Positions 1 to 9,717 of a stretch of DNA of 64,000 bases are shown in pieces. Source of the DNA: Chloroflexota bacterium (GTDB taxonomy: Bacteria > Chloroflexota > UBA11872 > VXOZ01); assembly GCA_965261635.1 (NCBI GenBank), contig OZ253463.1:931448-995447 (forward strand), written 5' to 3'. The position numbers and the translations under genes were made by a program. Each line of letters starts with the position of its first letter. The stretch's first letter is position 1. Below the pieces are notes generated by a model. The model saw only the letters and a list, made by a program, of their open reading frames with translations. It was not told the DNA's origin and searched no databases.

Positions 1-462
1 CGGGAAGAGCGTAACCGCTTCTGTGGACGGATCGACGCGCACGATGGCGTTGAGGCCGCCGTCGGTGATCCAGGGCGCGCCGTCCGGCCCGACAATCACG
101 CCATGGGGCCGCGCGCCGCCGCCGAGATGAATGTGGCGCGTCTCGCCCGTGTTCGGATCCAGGATACCCAACGCTTCTTGGTGCTGGGCTGTGTACCAGA
201 CGATACCGTCTTTGCCGGCGGCAGGCGCGACGTCGTGGGGATGCGAACCATTGGGGACGGAGAATTCCTGCAACGTCACGTCTTCCGCCGCAGGCACTTG
301 CGGTGGTTCCGACGTTGGCAACGGGCTTGCCGCGGCCGCTGGCGTCGGCGGAGGGGTCCCGGGAACCGCTTCTATGTTTACTTCGGAATCCCCGCCGCAC
401 GCTGCCGCCAAGCATGCGCCAGCCGCTGTCAGACCCTGGCCGAGCAGCTTTCTTCTTGTCAT
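1..462 (-). CDS. Secreted beta-propeller protein, streptogramin (virginiamycin B) lyase-like; N-terminal part only, gene runs off left edge
   Basis: Own minus-strand translation (not in ORF track, no stop in window): MTRRKLLGQGLTAAGACLAAACGG (twin-Arg signal, lipobox-like), then blade-like motifs GKDGIVWYTAQ..LGILDPNTGE..GARPHGVIVGPDGAPWITDGGLNAIVRVDP. Frame is open from 462 to base 1. Confidence 0.6.
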   Translation of the reverse strand, partial: MTRRKLLGQGLTAAGACLAAACGGDSEVNIEAVPGTPPPTPAAAASPLPTSEPPQVPAAEDVTLQEFSVPNGSHPHDVAPAAGKDGIVWYTAQHQEALGILDPNTGETRHIHLGGGARPHGVIVGPDGAPWITDGGLNAIVRVDPSTEAVTLFP

Positions 463-607
463 AATTATTGGTTCGCTCCTTTGGAAGCGTGGCGGCATCA
501 CCGTGCCGGGCATCAGTTTGTCAAACGTTCCTAATTCCACCATACCGCAGACGTGAAGGGCTTGTGAATCAGCCACAGCGCTGCTCCCGCACACGGAAAG
601 CCGCTGC

Positions 608-1660
608 CTACTCTCTCGTCTCGCTGGTGGAGACGTCCAGCCAATCGCCAATTGGGTCTATATCGTTTCGCGCGCGGTGGAGGCGCTGCAGGGCGTTGTC
701 GATGAAGCGCCGGTCGTTGACCTGGATGCCGTAGAGCAACTCGATGAAGAGGATCCGTTTCGCGAGAAGCTCAATGCGGCGGCGCATGGCGGAGGAGACG
801 TCGTGCGTGTACGCGGCGAGCGCAGCTTCCAGGAACTCTCTGCCGAAACCCGCGAGCAGGGCGCAAAAGTCTCCTGCCGCATCGCCTTTCTGCCCGGCTT
901 CCTCGAAATCGATGATGCCGCTGATCATGCCCCGAGATTCATCATAGAGGATGTTAGAGCCATCAAAGTCGCCGTGGGTGAAGACGGGTGTGAGTTCCCA
1001 CAGGGCTTGATCCCTATTCGTCTCCTTGAAGAGGCGGCTCGTCCACGCTTGCTCCGCCGGACTCAGGAGCGGAAACGCCCGTGCCTTTACCTGGCGAAAC
1101 AGGTCGCGGGCGTTGGAACTCCCCACGATCGGCGGCGATGGGGGCTGCAACTCTGTCGGCAGTGCGGAGAGCGGTATGGCATGGAGGGCAGAGAGGAATT
1201 GACCGATTTGCCCGGCTGCGCGCCCACGCTCTTGCGGAGAAAGCGAACACGCAGACAAGCTGCGGCCGGGAAGCCTGTCGTAACCCGCCACCGGGTAGGG
1301 AAACTCGGCGCAGCCCGCGCTAAAGTAGCGGTAGCGCGGGACCGGCAGTGGAAGCCGTGACGCTATGCTGTCGTATACGCTCTTTTCATGCCAAAGAAAC
1401 ACGCCCTCGTCTTCATCTAGCCCGTCGCTTACAACGGAGCCGCCACCGTGAGGAAAGCGGAAGATAAGCATTTGGTTCACGGCGAACACCCGGCAGGTAC
1501 CGCCACCCAAGAATTGGATGTGCGAAACCTGGATATCAGGGAAGCACGTTTCAATGATGCGCTGGTAGAAGGCGTTGTCTATAGTCATTGCGGTCTCAAT
1601 GGCGCTGGTGGGCAAGCTGGCTGCCATACCCGTGATACCATGGGCATGACTGCGACCCAC
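608..1660 (-). CDS. Aminoglycoside/choline-kinase-type phosphotransferase (APH family)
   Basis: Catalytic loop HGDFDGSNILYD and IIDFEEAG metal-binding motif. Internal ATGs at 1627 and 1588 are alternative starts. Confidence 0.8.
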   Translation of the reverse strand: MGRSHAHGITGMAASLPTSAIETAMTIDNAFYQRIIETCFPDIQVSHIQFLGGGTCRVFAVNQMLIFRFPHGGGSVVSDGLDEDEGVFLWHEKSVYDSIASRLPLPVPRYRYFSAGCAEFPYPVAGYDRLPGRSLSACSLSPQERGRAAGQIGQFLSALHAIPLSALPTELQPPSPPIVGSSNARDLFRQVKARAFPLLSPAEQAWTSRLFKETNRDQALWELTPVFTHGDFDGSNILYDESRGMISGIIDFEEAGQKGDAAGDFCALLAGFGREFLEAALAAYTHDVSSAMRRRIELLAKRILFIELLYGIQVNDRRFIDNALQRLHRARNDIDPIGDWLDVSTSETRE

Positions 1661-1890
1661 TGTCCTGTCAGGCGGACATCAGCGGCCTATTCCCAAGGTG
1701 CGTCACTTTCGCAGCCTAGCAACTAGCTCGCAGAATCTTGCGATCGTCAGGTACAACAAACGGCACCCAACCGGTCTTTGCCGCTGGCGAAGCCAGCGTC
1801 GCTCCCGCTAGGGCGCGGTCTGCAAGGAGCACTGCGGTACGCGAACTAAGTATAGTACTTTGGCCGACCGGCAAGTAAGGAGAAGGAACC

Positions 1891-2559
1891 ATGGAACCGC
1901 GAGCGAGATTTACTTTAGAGCTGCGCGCCATTCAAGACGACGTGGTTTCTCTCGGACGCATGGTGGGTGTCGCCATCGACCAATCGGTAGAGGCGCTCAA
2001 AGGGCGCGACACTGGCTGGGCAAGAATGGTCATCCACAACGACATTGCCATCAATGCGCGGCGCTTTGCCATTGAAGAGCGGTGTATGAAGTTGCTGGCT
2101 ACGCGAGCCCCTCTCGCTGTGGACTTGCGTTTCATTGCCTCGGCCTTAAACATCATTACGGACTTGGAGCGGATGGGAGATCATGCGGAGGGCATCTGCA
2201 AGATCAACATCATGCTGGGCGAGGAGCCGCTCGTGAAGCCCCTCATCGACATACCGCGCATGGGCAGCCAAGGCGAACGACATGCTCAGCCGCTCGCTTG
2301 AAGCCTTGGTAGCGCGTGACGTTGAGAAAGCGAAAGCGGTTTCGCATGAAGACGATGAGGTAGACGCCTTGCACGATCAGGTCGTGCGCGAGCTCATTAG
2401 CTTCATGATCGAAGACCCGCGCACGATTAGCGGGCGCTCTACCTCACCTGGGTTTCACATAACCTGGAGCGCATTGCCGACCGTGTAACGAACATCTGTG
2501 AACGGGTGGTCTACATCGTCACCGGCGAGATGGAAGAGATCAACGCTTCGAAGTATTGA
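1891..2559 (+). pseudogene. phoU: phoU (phosphate-uptake regulator) interrupted by two compensating 1-nt indels
   Basis: PhoU-like sequence runs frame1 (1891-~2265, ..LAVDLRFIASALNIITDLERMGDHAEGI..IDIPRM), frame2 (~2264-2434, AAKANDMLSRSLEALVARDVEKAKAVSHEDDEVDALHDQV..EDPRTISG), then frame1 again (2434-2559, ALYLTWVSHNLERIADRVTNICERVVYIVTGEMEEINASKY*). Shifts sit in G runs at ~2262-2264 and ~2432-2434. Confidence 0.8.
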
Positions 2560-2604
2560 GACCCGATTTCCACTAGGGGATGGCACATAGCTCTCGCTAA
2601 CGTC

Positions 2605-3789
2605 CTAATTCTCCGAATTGACGAGCTGAACGCGGGTGATGCTGCGCCTGTCGGCTAGCAGTCGGTTGTTCTCGTGAATAACACCGATCCAGAGTTGGAC
2701 CGGTTCTTGTGGAAAGTCCTCATTCACTGATATTTTGCCTGTCACCGCGACGCTCTCACCGGGTGCGAGATCGCGCCCCAAGCTCCAGCGAAACGGAAAG
2801 GCAACCCCGCTGCGATTAAGAGAGAATTCCACGCCCCAGCGCACCGTACCGGTATCTGCCGTGAAGCGCAGTGAAGGGGCGTCCTCACCCCAGGCATACG
2901 TGGTTGGTCCCGGTGGCGCCGCTCGCAGTGTGACCGTGCCGTTGTTGATGATCGTTGCAGTGACTGTAATGGTCGTACCGGCCTGCACTGCTGTCGGTGA
3001 GATCTGAACGTCAGCTACTTGCACCTGTGGCGTGCCGGCCTCGCCGAGTGTAATGCCACGGCGTTGCACAGTACGATTGCCTGCCCGATCTTGGATTATG
3101 ACTTCCACCTCCGCCGGCCCCGCAGGCAAGTTCTCCACTGCTTGATTGAGCTGCGGCGCATGGCGCAACGGCGGCGGCCAGGATGCATGCACAGTGCCGG
3201 GGTCCGCAGCGGTGTTTCGCATCAGCCACCGCGTTTCGTCACCTGCAAAGAGGCGCACGTCCACGACAACATGCTCGGCAACGGTGAAGCTGATTTCCAA
3301 GCGATCGTCGACGCCGTCTTGATTGGGCGTGAAGAACTCAGGAGTAACTTGGAGACCATCGAGAGCGGGGGCCGTGGTGTCGGCGTTGGTGATCGTGAGC
3401 GGTTTTCGCAGCTCGACGTAATCGCTTGCCGTCGACTCCCGGGCAGTGGCGACTACCTCATACTGACCGTCCGGCAGTACGCGACCGTCCACAGCGCCTC
3501 TAAAGGCGAAGGAAAACGTACCGGTACCGCGCGGCACGCGGTCCCGCAAGACGAATGTAGTTTCATCGGCGGAGCGCAAAGCTAGGGTAACGACTGCTTC
3601 GCGGGCAACCTTATACTGAATGGTAACGGACCCATTGCCGTCCGCCTGTAGCAATGCCGGACTGACGCTGAGCTCGAGTAGGGCGCGAGAGTTGTCAGCC
3701 GAGGCACAAGCAGGCAGAAACAGGAATAACCAGAGGAAATACGGCAGGTAACGCCATGCCGGCGCCTTTCGTGCGTAATAAGTACGCAT
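2605..3789 (-). CDS. Secreted Ig-like repeat protein (FlgD-Ig-like and CARDB-like domains)
   Basis: Signal peptide LWLFLFLPACASA. FTPNQDGVDDRLEISF resembles the FlgD-Ig motif and ITVTATIINNGTVTL is CARDB-like. Starts 33 nt downstream of the rho stop, same strand. Confidence 0.6.
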   Translation of the reverse strand: MRTYYARKAPAWRYLPYFLWLFLFLPACASADNSRALLELSVSPALLQADGNGSVTIQYKVAREAVVTLALRSADETTFVLRDRVPRGTGTFSFAFRGAVDGRVLPDGQYEVVATARESTASDYVELRKPLTITNADTTAPALDGLQVTPEFFTPNQDGVDDRLEISFTVAEHVVVDVRLFAGDETRWLMRNTAADPGTVHASWPPPLRHAPQLNQAVENLPAGPAEVEVIIQDRAGNRTVQRRGITLGEAGTPQVQVADVQISPTAVQAGTTITVTATIINNGTVTLRAAPPGPTTYAWGEDAPSLRFTADTGTVRWGVEFSLNRSGVAFPFRWSLGRDLAPGESVAVTGKISVNEDFPQEPVQLWIGVIHENNRLLADRRSITRVQLVNSEN

Positions 3790-3822
3790 CTTCGGAGGCG
3801 CCGGGCGCAGCGTTCGCCGTGC

Positions 3823-5139
3823 CTAAACTGCGTCTGTGCTTAAACGTGACAGGAAGTCCGCATTTGATTTCGTGCGCTCCAGCCGATTGAGCATGGCCTC
3901 GTAGCCTTCGGTATTGCCGATGGCCGAAAGCATACGGCGCAAGGTGACTACTTTCTGGAGCGTCTCCGTCTCCAGCAGCAGTTCTTCGCGTCTCGTGCCG
4001 GAACGTCCCACGTCAATCGCCGGGAAGACTCTACGTTCGGAAAACTTGCGGTCGAGCCGCAGTTCCATGTTGCCGGTGCCCTTGAACTCCTCATAGATGA
4101 CGTCATCCATGCGGCTTTCCGTCTCGACCAGACACGTTGCAAGCATCGTCAGGCTGCTGCCATTGTCGATGTTGCGGCCTGCGCCGAAGAAACGTTTCGG
4201 GGGATAGATGGCAGCGGGGTCTAAACCGCCGGAGAGGGTTCTGCCGCTCGGCGGAATGGCTTGGTTGTAGGCCCGCGTCAGGCGCGTGATCGAATCAAGC
4301 AGCAACATCACGTCCTGCCCGCCTTCAACCATCCGCTTTGCACGTTCCAGGGCCAGTTCGGCGATACGGGTTTGGTTCTCCGGCACCTCATCGAATGTGG
4401 AAGCGACGACCTCCGCGCCGACGGTGCGCTCCCAGTCCGTTACTTCCTCAGGGCGCTCACCGATAAGCACCACCATGACGTGCACCTCGGGGTAATTTGC
4501 CATGACGGCGTTGGCAATGCTCTGCATGAGCATAGTCTTACCGGTCTTGGGCGGTGCGACGACTAATCCGCGCTGACCGCGGCCAATTGGCGAGACGAGA
4601 TTGATGAGACGACCGATAATACTGGGAGGAGCCGTCTCGAGATCGAGACGCTCTTCGGGGAAAATCGCCGTAAAGTTTTCAAAATGCGGGCGGCGCTTGG
4701 CTTCTTCCGGATCAAGGTTATTGACAGTCTCCACACGCAAGAGGCCGTAGTATTTCTCGCCCTCCTTCGGTGGACGCACTTGTCCCGCGATCATGTCTCC
4801 GGTGCGCAAACTTAAGCGGCGAATCTGCGTGGGGGCAACATAGACATCCTCCGCCCAGCCGGTATTCCAATACCGATGTAGGCGCAAGAATCCATAGCCG
4901 TCGTCGATGGTCTCGAGGAGGCCCGTGCGGTAGAGATTGCCCTGTTCTTCGGATTGTGCCTGCAGGAGCCGATTGACGAGTTCATGCTTCTTGAGAACTG
5001 AGTAACCGCTGATTTCCAGTTCTTTTGCACGCTCTCGCAACTCGGTCAGAGGTTTGGCTTCTAGATCTGCATATTGCACGCCGGGATCACTCCTTTGCTG
5101 GGTTGGATTGGATGAATGGTCGTTCCCATTACGTTGCAT
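3823..5139 (-). CDS. rho: Transcription termination factor Rho
   Basis: Rho_N (LTELRERAKELEISGYSVLKKHELVNRLL), CSD-like RNA-binding GYGFLR, Walker A APPKTGKT. Full-length conservation is recognisable. A possible CTG start at 5205 lies behind a strong AAGGAGGA. Confidence 0.97.
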   Translation of the reverse strand: MQRNGNDHSSNPTQQRSDPGVQYADLEAKPLTELRERAKELEISGYSVLKKHELVNRLLQAQSEEQGNLYRTGLLETIDDGYGFLRLHRYWNTGWAEDVYVAPTQIRRLSLRTGDMIAGQVRPPKEGEKYYGLLRVETVNNLDPEEAKRRPHFENFTAIFPEERLDLETAPPSIIGRLINLVSPIGRGQRGLVVAPPKTGKTMLMQSIANAVMANYPEVHVMVVLIGERPEEVTDWERTVGAEVVASTFDEVPENQTRIAELALERAKRMVEGGQDVMLLLDSITRLTRAYNQAIPPSGRTLSGGLDPAAIYPPKRFFGAGRNIDNGSSLTMLATCLVETESRMDDVIYEEFKGTGNMELRLDRKFSERRVFPAIDVGRSGTRREELLLETETLQKVVTLRRMLSAIGNTEGYEAMLNRLERTKSNADFLSRLSTDAV

Positions 5140-5507
5140 CCAATGGCGAGTAGAACGTTTGCGTCGGCGATTGCCACGGTTGCGAGAGGGTATTACTGTT
5201 GACAGCTTTGTCCTCCTTCAAGAGCAATACAACGAACCAATGCTATAAAGAGCATGGTAGGCGAGGTTCATTAAAAAGGGGCTATGATCTTCGCCTCTGG
5301 TGAGTTACCCTGTCGCGCCTTGTTTATGTGCGTTGCGCCCAATAGTGCGTATCGAAATGTGGGAGGTATAGAGCTTTGGGGGGCTAGAAGAGTCTAGGCG
5401 CTAATAAACAGTGATGGGTAACTTGGTGGGCTAGTAGAAAGATCAGAGCGTTGAAGCAGATACTTCTATCGTTATTCTAAGAGAAGGGCGTGCGGGAGTT
5501 TGGAAGG

Positions 5508-5536
5508 ATTATATAGAGATCACGCTTCTTAGTCAA
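5508..5536 (-). promoter_or_regulatory. Sigma-70 consensus-like promoter upstream of rho (TTGACT-N17-TATAAT)
   Basis: Minus strand reads TTGACT (5536-5531), a 17-nt spacer, then TATAAT (5513-5508). It lies ~300 nt upstream of the rho coding start. Confidence 0.5.
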
Positions 5537-5624
5537 GACTACCAAACGGCAAAAACCTTGTCAACCATTTATTTTATGGAATTAGTAAACTTATATTTCA
5601 TAGCTTCGCTGGGCAGCGTATCTA

Positions 5625-5745
5625 GTCATTCCAATCGCGCCGCAGCCCCATGCTTGACATGGGGGAGGAATATAGAAATCCTCGCACTTTAGGTTCTTTG
5701 TCGTGGAGTTTATCCTGAGCCTACCGAAGGGCTCCTCAGAATGAC
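5625..5745 (-). mobile_element. MITE-like element, copy A (121 bp, termini GTCATT...GGAATGAC)
   Basis: Its reverse complement begins gtcattctgaggagcccttcggtaggctcaggataaactccacgacaaagaacctaaag, near-identical to the first ~60 nt of copy B at 15841. Both end in ggaatgac. Confidence 0.65.
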
Positions 5746-6015
5746 AGATCAAGGAACCGCTTCGGGCGTGAGTACGTGCGATGTTTCGCATATCCGCTCG
5801 GTGTACGTCCAAACCTACTAATTCCGTATTTCTATAGAGTACGGTGAACAGATCGGTGCGGCATGTGGCGAACTGATGAACCGGCGGGATTGTTATACCT
5901 GTTTAGACTGCAACGAAGAGCAAACCGCTGCAGAATGCAAAGACAACACGGCAGCGATCTGCATGAGGTGTGCGGCCCCTGGTCGCGCTCGTAGCGTTTA
6001 CAATGTCAGCCGAAG

Positions 6016-6294
6016 CTAATTTGCGCTGCGATTCGTGAAACAGTCACTGCAATAGATAGGGCGATCATCGCGCGGTACGAACGGTACGCGAGCGACGCCA
6101 CCGCACTCTGAGCAGACTCCTTCGTGCATCTCCCGTTCACCGTGGCGCTCCCGCCGCCGGGTATTACGGCAGTCCGGACAGCGGCGCGGCTCGTTCATTA
6201 GACCCTTTGTCTGATAGAACTCCTGCTCACCAGCAGTGAATACGAACGACTGGCTGCACTCCACACAGACTATTGTGCGATCCTCGGCTGACAC
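6016..6294 (-). CDS. CxxC-x17-CxxC zinc-ribbon protein
   Basis: CVECSQSFVFTAGEQEFY..CPDCR and CSECGG..RPIYCSDC motifs. GTG at 6294 is preceded by AAGGAG; the ORF track extends to GTG 6333. Confidence 0.7.
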   Translation of the reverse strand: MSAEDRTIVCVECSQSFVFTAGEQEFYQTKGLMNEPRRCPDCRNTRRRERHGEREMHEGVCSECGGVARVPFVPRDDRPIYCSDCFTNRSAN

Positions 6295-6798
6295 TATGAA
6301 CTTCTCCTTGCACTGGTTCTCACCGCTCTTCACCTCACATCAAACAGAACCGTGTGGTACTGAAATCCTGGCGCCGAAGTACCACTCTCGCATTTGGCTC
6401 ACTCATGCATAGAGTACGCATAGTGTGCATTGATTGACCAAGTATACGAGACCATTTGCATCTATGCAAGCCCTCTAGATCGGTTTGCACCTAGTTGCAA
6501 GATTACGGGTGCAAGGTTCTCTGCCGGGACTCTCAGGGAACCGTAGAGCAATGGGGTATGGCGACCGCCAAGTGGCTCTGCCGCATGTGCTATAGTAAAT
6601 GTGCCAGTTCTTATTGTGGCGATAGCGACGAGCTCTATGCTGAGAGATGTAGACGATCTTTTCTGTAGGTTTCCTTCCAGTGCGCTTGGCACGTCCGACG
6701 GGTAGTGCACGTGGTCAGGCCGGGCTATCCCCTGCTATCGCTACTGAGGCCCGCAAGGGCAGTCGCCTAGCCGCGACACTTGCCGGTTAGCTCCATCC

Positions 6799-7998
6799 AT
6801 GAGCCGTCGCGTCTTTTCGCTCTTGCTGCCGGTGTACGTACCCAGCTTTCTGCTGGCCTTTACGCAGGGACTCCTGATTCCGACGCTGCCCCTGTATGCC
6901 ACGACCTTCGGCGTTTCATTTAGCCTGGTCAGCCTGGCAGTTGCGGCACGCGGCTTAGGCACGCTTGCGATGGATCTCCCTTCCGGCATCATGCTGGAGC
7001 GCCTAGGCCATCGCAACGTCATGTTGCTGGGCGTGGGCGTGGCGTGCCTATCCCTGGTGCTCATGGGAATCATCGAGAACTTCCACGTGCTCGTCTTGCT
7101 TCGGTTACTCTCCGGATGTGGCGCGGCAATGTGGATGCTCTCTCGCATGGCCTATATCTCGGACGTAATCCCCTTGGAAGTGCGAGGTCGGGCCTTGTCG
7201 GCGTTTGGCGGCGTGAGCCGGATCGGTGTATTTGCCAGCCCTGCGATTGGCGGATTCGTGGGAGCGAGTTTCGGTCTGCGCACGCCCTTCCTGCTGGCGG
7301 CGGCGCTGGCGGGGGTGGCCCTTGTCATTGCGCTCCTGTACGTGCCTGAGTCACGCCAAATTGCCAAAACCGAGCATCGCCGCCCCCACTGGCGGACCAT
7401 GGTGCAAATCGTGAGAACCTACCGCCGGGACTTGCTGACGGCTGGCAGCGCTCAAGTCCTCGCGCAAATGATTCGAGCAGGCCGCGAGATTATCGTGCCG
7501 CTATACGGGGGTACCGTGCTTGGCTTAGATGTCGCTGCGGTCGGCGTGATTCTCACAGTTTCCGCCGCGATCGATATGTCTCTTTTTGGAATCGCCGGAC
7601 TGCTGCAAGACCGCAAAGGACGCAAGTGGGCGTCGGTTCCTTCTATGATTATCCTCGGTGTGGGCATGGCTATGGTGCCGCTGACTGCCGGGTTTGCTTC
7701 ATTGCTCGCGGCGGCTGCAGTGATGGGACTAGGCAATGGCCTCGGCTCCGGTACGATGATGACCCTTGGGAGCGATCTCGCGCCACGGGATGCGATGGGT
7801 GAATTCCTCGGCTTGTGGCGGTTGATCGGCGATGGCGGAAATTCCGGTGGACCGCTGGTGGTCGGCGCGGTAGCAGACCTCACGGGCCTCGCCCTCGCGG
7901 CAATTGTGCTTGCAGGCGTTGGGGCACTAGCGGCAAGCAACCTGGCGTGGTTTGTACCGGAAACCCGGAATCAGCGCGAAAGACGCGCCTTGATGTGA
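6799..7998 (+). CDS. MFS transporter
   Basis: About 12 predicted TM segments and an MFS loop motif (SGIMLERLGHRNVMLLG). Confidence 0.8.
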   Translation: MSRRVFSLLLPVYVPSFLLAFTQGLLIPTLPLYATTFGVSFSLVSLAVAARGLGTLAMDLPSGIMLERLGHRNVMLLGVGVACLSLVLMGIIENFHVLVLLRLLSGCGAAMWMLSRMAYISDVIPLEVRGRALSAFGGVSRIGVFASPAIGGFVGASFGLRTPFLLAAALAGVALVIALLYVPESRQIAKTEHRRPHWRTMVQIVRTYRRDLLTAGSAQVLAQMIRAGREIIVPLYGGTVLGLDVAAVGVILTVSAAIDMSLFGIAGLLQDRKGRKWASVPSMIILGVGMAMVPLTAGFASLLAAAAVMGLGNGLGSGTMMTLGSDLAPRDAMGEFLGLWRLIGDGGNSGGPLVVGAVADLTGLALAAIVLAGVGALAASNLAWFVPETRNQRERRALM

Positions 7999-8186
7999 TT
8001 CTATCGCTTGAGGTGTGGTGAGCGATGGAGAAAGTCGCAGAGGACAGTCCCGGCCTGGAACAGGGCAATGGAAAGTAGCGGGAACGGGTCGGATGTGTAG
8101 GCGGAAAGTGGACAAGACGGCTAAAGCGTTGGCAAGCTCGGCCTGCCAGTCACGTGCGTAAACGATGGAGAGTGTTCGGTACTGCC

Positions 8187-8211
8187 TTTCCGGTGCATGC
8201 CGGAATCCATC
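8187..8211. repeat. REP-like hairpin, variant of family A (tttccggtgcatgccggaatccatc)
   Basis: Shares the ...ggaatccatc tail and a hairpin core with the elements at 60257 and 55852. Confidence 0.45.
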
Positions 8212-8270
8212 TCGCCAGCATCCCATGACCCGGACGCATTGCGGGTGCGGAACAGGCTTTCGGGGGTAGC

Positions 8271-8312
8271 GAAGAGATGTAGGGGCACGGCATGCCGTGC
8301 CCCTACATCTCT
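8271..8312. repeat. Perfect 42-bp palindrome (aagagatgtaggggcacggca|tgccgtgcccctacatctctt)
   Basis: Read directly; both 21-nt arms are exact reverse complements. Intergenic. Confidence 0.9.
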
Positions 8313-8527
8313 TGCAGTAAATTTCGGTTGCCGTGCTTCAGCCCCGGCCTGCGAATCTGCGCGGCCTTTGGCTGTTGTTTCTCCCGCGCATTAACGCCAC
8401 CAGACAACCTAGCGCACTCTTCCTCTTTGGTGAACAATCTGTCAGTGTAATACCTGAGACTTACAGGGATGACGGATGGCATATCTGCCGAGTCTGTCAC
8501 TGAAGTTATCGTGTAGGGTAGGTAGTA

Positions 8528-8935
8528 ATGCCAGTAGATTTTAGCCTCTTTACCATCGGTTGGCTCTTGCTCCTGCTGGGGGCAGTAATCCATTTCGCAC
8601 TAACCCTTGCAACGCTGGTAGGCTACGGACCGTATGGGAAGGTCCTCACACCGCGTCTTGGGGCAAGCGAACTACCGGAATTGCAGGCATTCTCGCGCCA
8701 CATCGCCCTGCACGTTCTCATCATGGGCGTGGCGTGGTGGGCGCTGGCCTTTTGGGGAGTCCGTGACGGCCATTGGTGGGCGTGGATTGCGCTCATGCTT
8801 ATGGGCCTCGCGCACTTTGCGGCGTTCGCGTGGACGGAGACGCGGCGCGGAGGAAGCCGGCATCCGCCGGACTGGCGGTGGTGGGGGTTGCTGGTCACGT
8901 TCGTCGTGGGCATGGTGCTGACGGTTCCGAGCTGA
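8528..8935 (+). CDS. Hypothetical 4-TM membrane protein
   Basis: Hydrophobic segments; Trp/His-rich. No family recognised. Confidence 0.5.
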   Translation: MPVDFSLFTIGWLLLLLGAVIHFALTLATLVGYGPYGKVLTPRLGASELPELQAFSRHIALHVLIMGVAWWALAFWGVRDGHWWAWIALMLMGLAHFAAFAWTETRRGGSRHPPDWRWWGLLVTFVVGMVLTVPS

Positions 8936-9093
8936 CCGCAGGTGTGTGCAACGTAGGGCGAAGACTTTCGGTTTCCACTGGCGAATCTGATGCTAGCCAG
9001 CGCCAGGTGTTTCCGCTACAATGGCTTCAATCTGCTGCGTGATTAAGGAAGAAGACGGATTTCGGCTTCCACCGGAATGACGGGAGAAGACTG

Positions 9094-9717
9094 ATGGATC
9101 TAGCGCTTGGCGCACCGATCTCTGCTGAAGATGGGGTCGCGCTTGGCACGCTTGGCGGCATTACCATCGATCCGCTTTCGCGTACCGTAAAGGCAATCGT
9201 CTTGCACCTTGATCAGGCCCTGGTCGTTTTTGCGCCGGTGGAGGTGAAAGCCGTGCGGGAGGGGCGCGCAACCACTCCATCGACCTCCGCCGAAGGGATC
9301 GTGCGCGTGCAGGTGCCCCTGGCGCTGGTGCGCGGAGTTTCCGGTAAGGAGATTACGCTTGCCCTCAGCCAATCGGCCCTGGGCCGAACCTTGTCCGCGT
9401 ATCCAGACGTAGACTCGATCGCCGGCGTGCCCCTGGTACTGCGTACGGGTGCGGATGGCAGCGTGTACGCGGCTGCGGCCGGGCTGCCGGACAGCTTTGT
9501 GCCCGATGCCGAACTGGATGGCAATACCTTTGTCCGGGATGTTTACGCCAAAGTGGGGTATTGGGACGAAATGCGTGTTGACCCATTCACGCATAAGCTT
9601 CAGAGCCTGCGAGTGGCCGGTACGCTTACGAACAGGAGAGCGGAAAGCCGCATTCCCGCACATGCCCTCGGCAGCATCCACCGCCGCTTCATTACGGTCA
9701 AGCTGCCGCTGTTTTAG
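9094..9717 (+). CDS. Hypothetical protein, possible PRC-barrel-like
   Basis: GAPISAEDGVALGTLGGITIDPLSRTVKAIVLHL resembles a PRC-barrel N-terminus. GGGAGAAG lies upstream of the ATG. An antisense ORF overlaps it. Confidence 0.5.
   Translation: MDLALGAPISAEDGVALGTLGGITIDPLSRTVKAIVLHLDQALVVFAPVEVKAVREGRATTPSTSAEGIVRVQVPLALVRGVSGKEITLALSQSALGRTLSAYPDVDSIAGVPLVLRTGADGSVYAAAAGLPDSFVPDAELDGNTFVRDVYAKVGYWDEMRVDPFTHKLQSLRVAGTLTNRRAESRIPAHALGSIHRRFITVKLPLF

Noticed and set aside
1891-2559. Programmed ribosomal frameshifting in phoU.
   Set aside because: There are no slippery heptamers or stimulatory structures. There are two opposite shifts in simple G runs, and phoU is not known to use recoding.
5591-5812. 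73-aa ORF (also 15868-16194 and 15993-16226).
   Set aside because: They are read through the MITE-like repeat copies. The sequence is repeat DNA in AT-richer intergenic regions.
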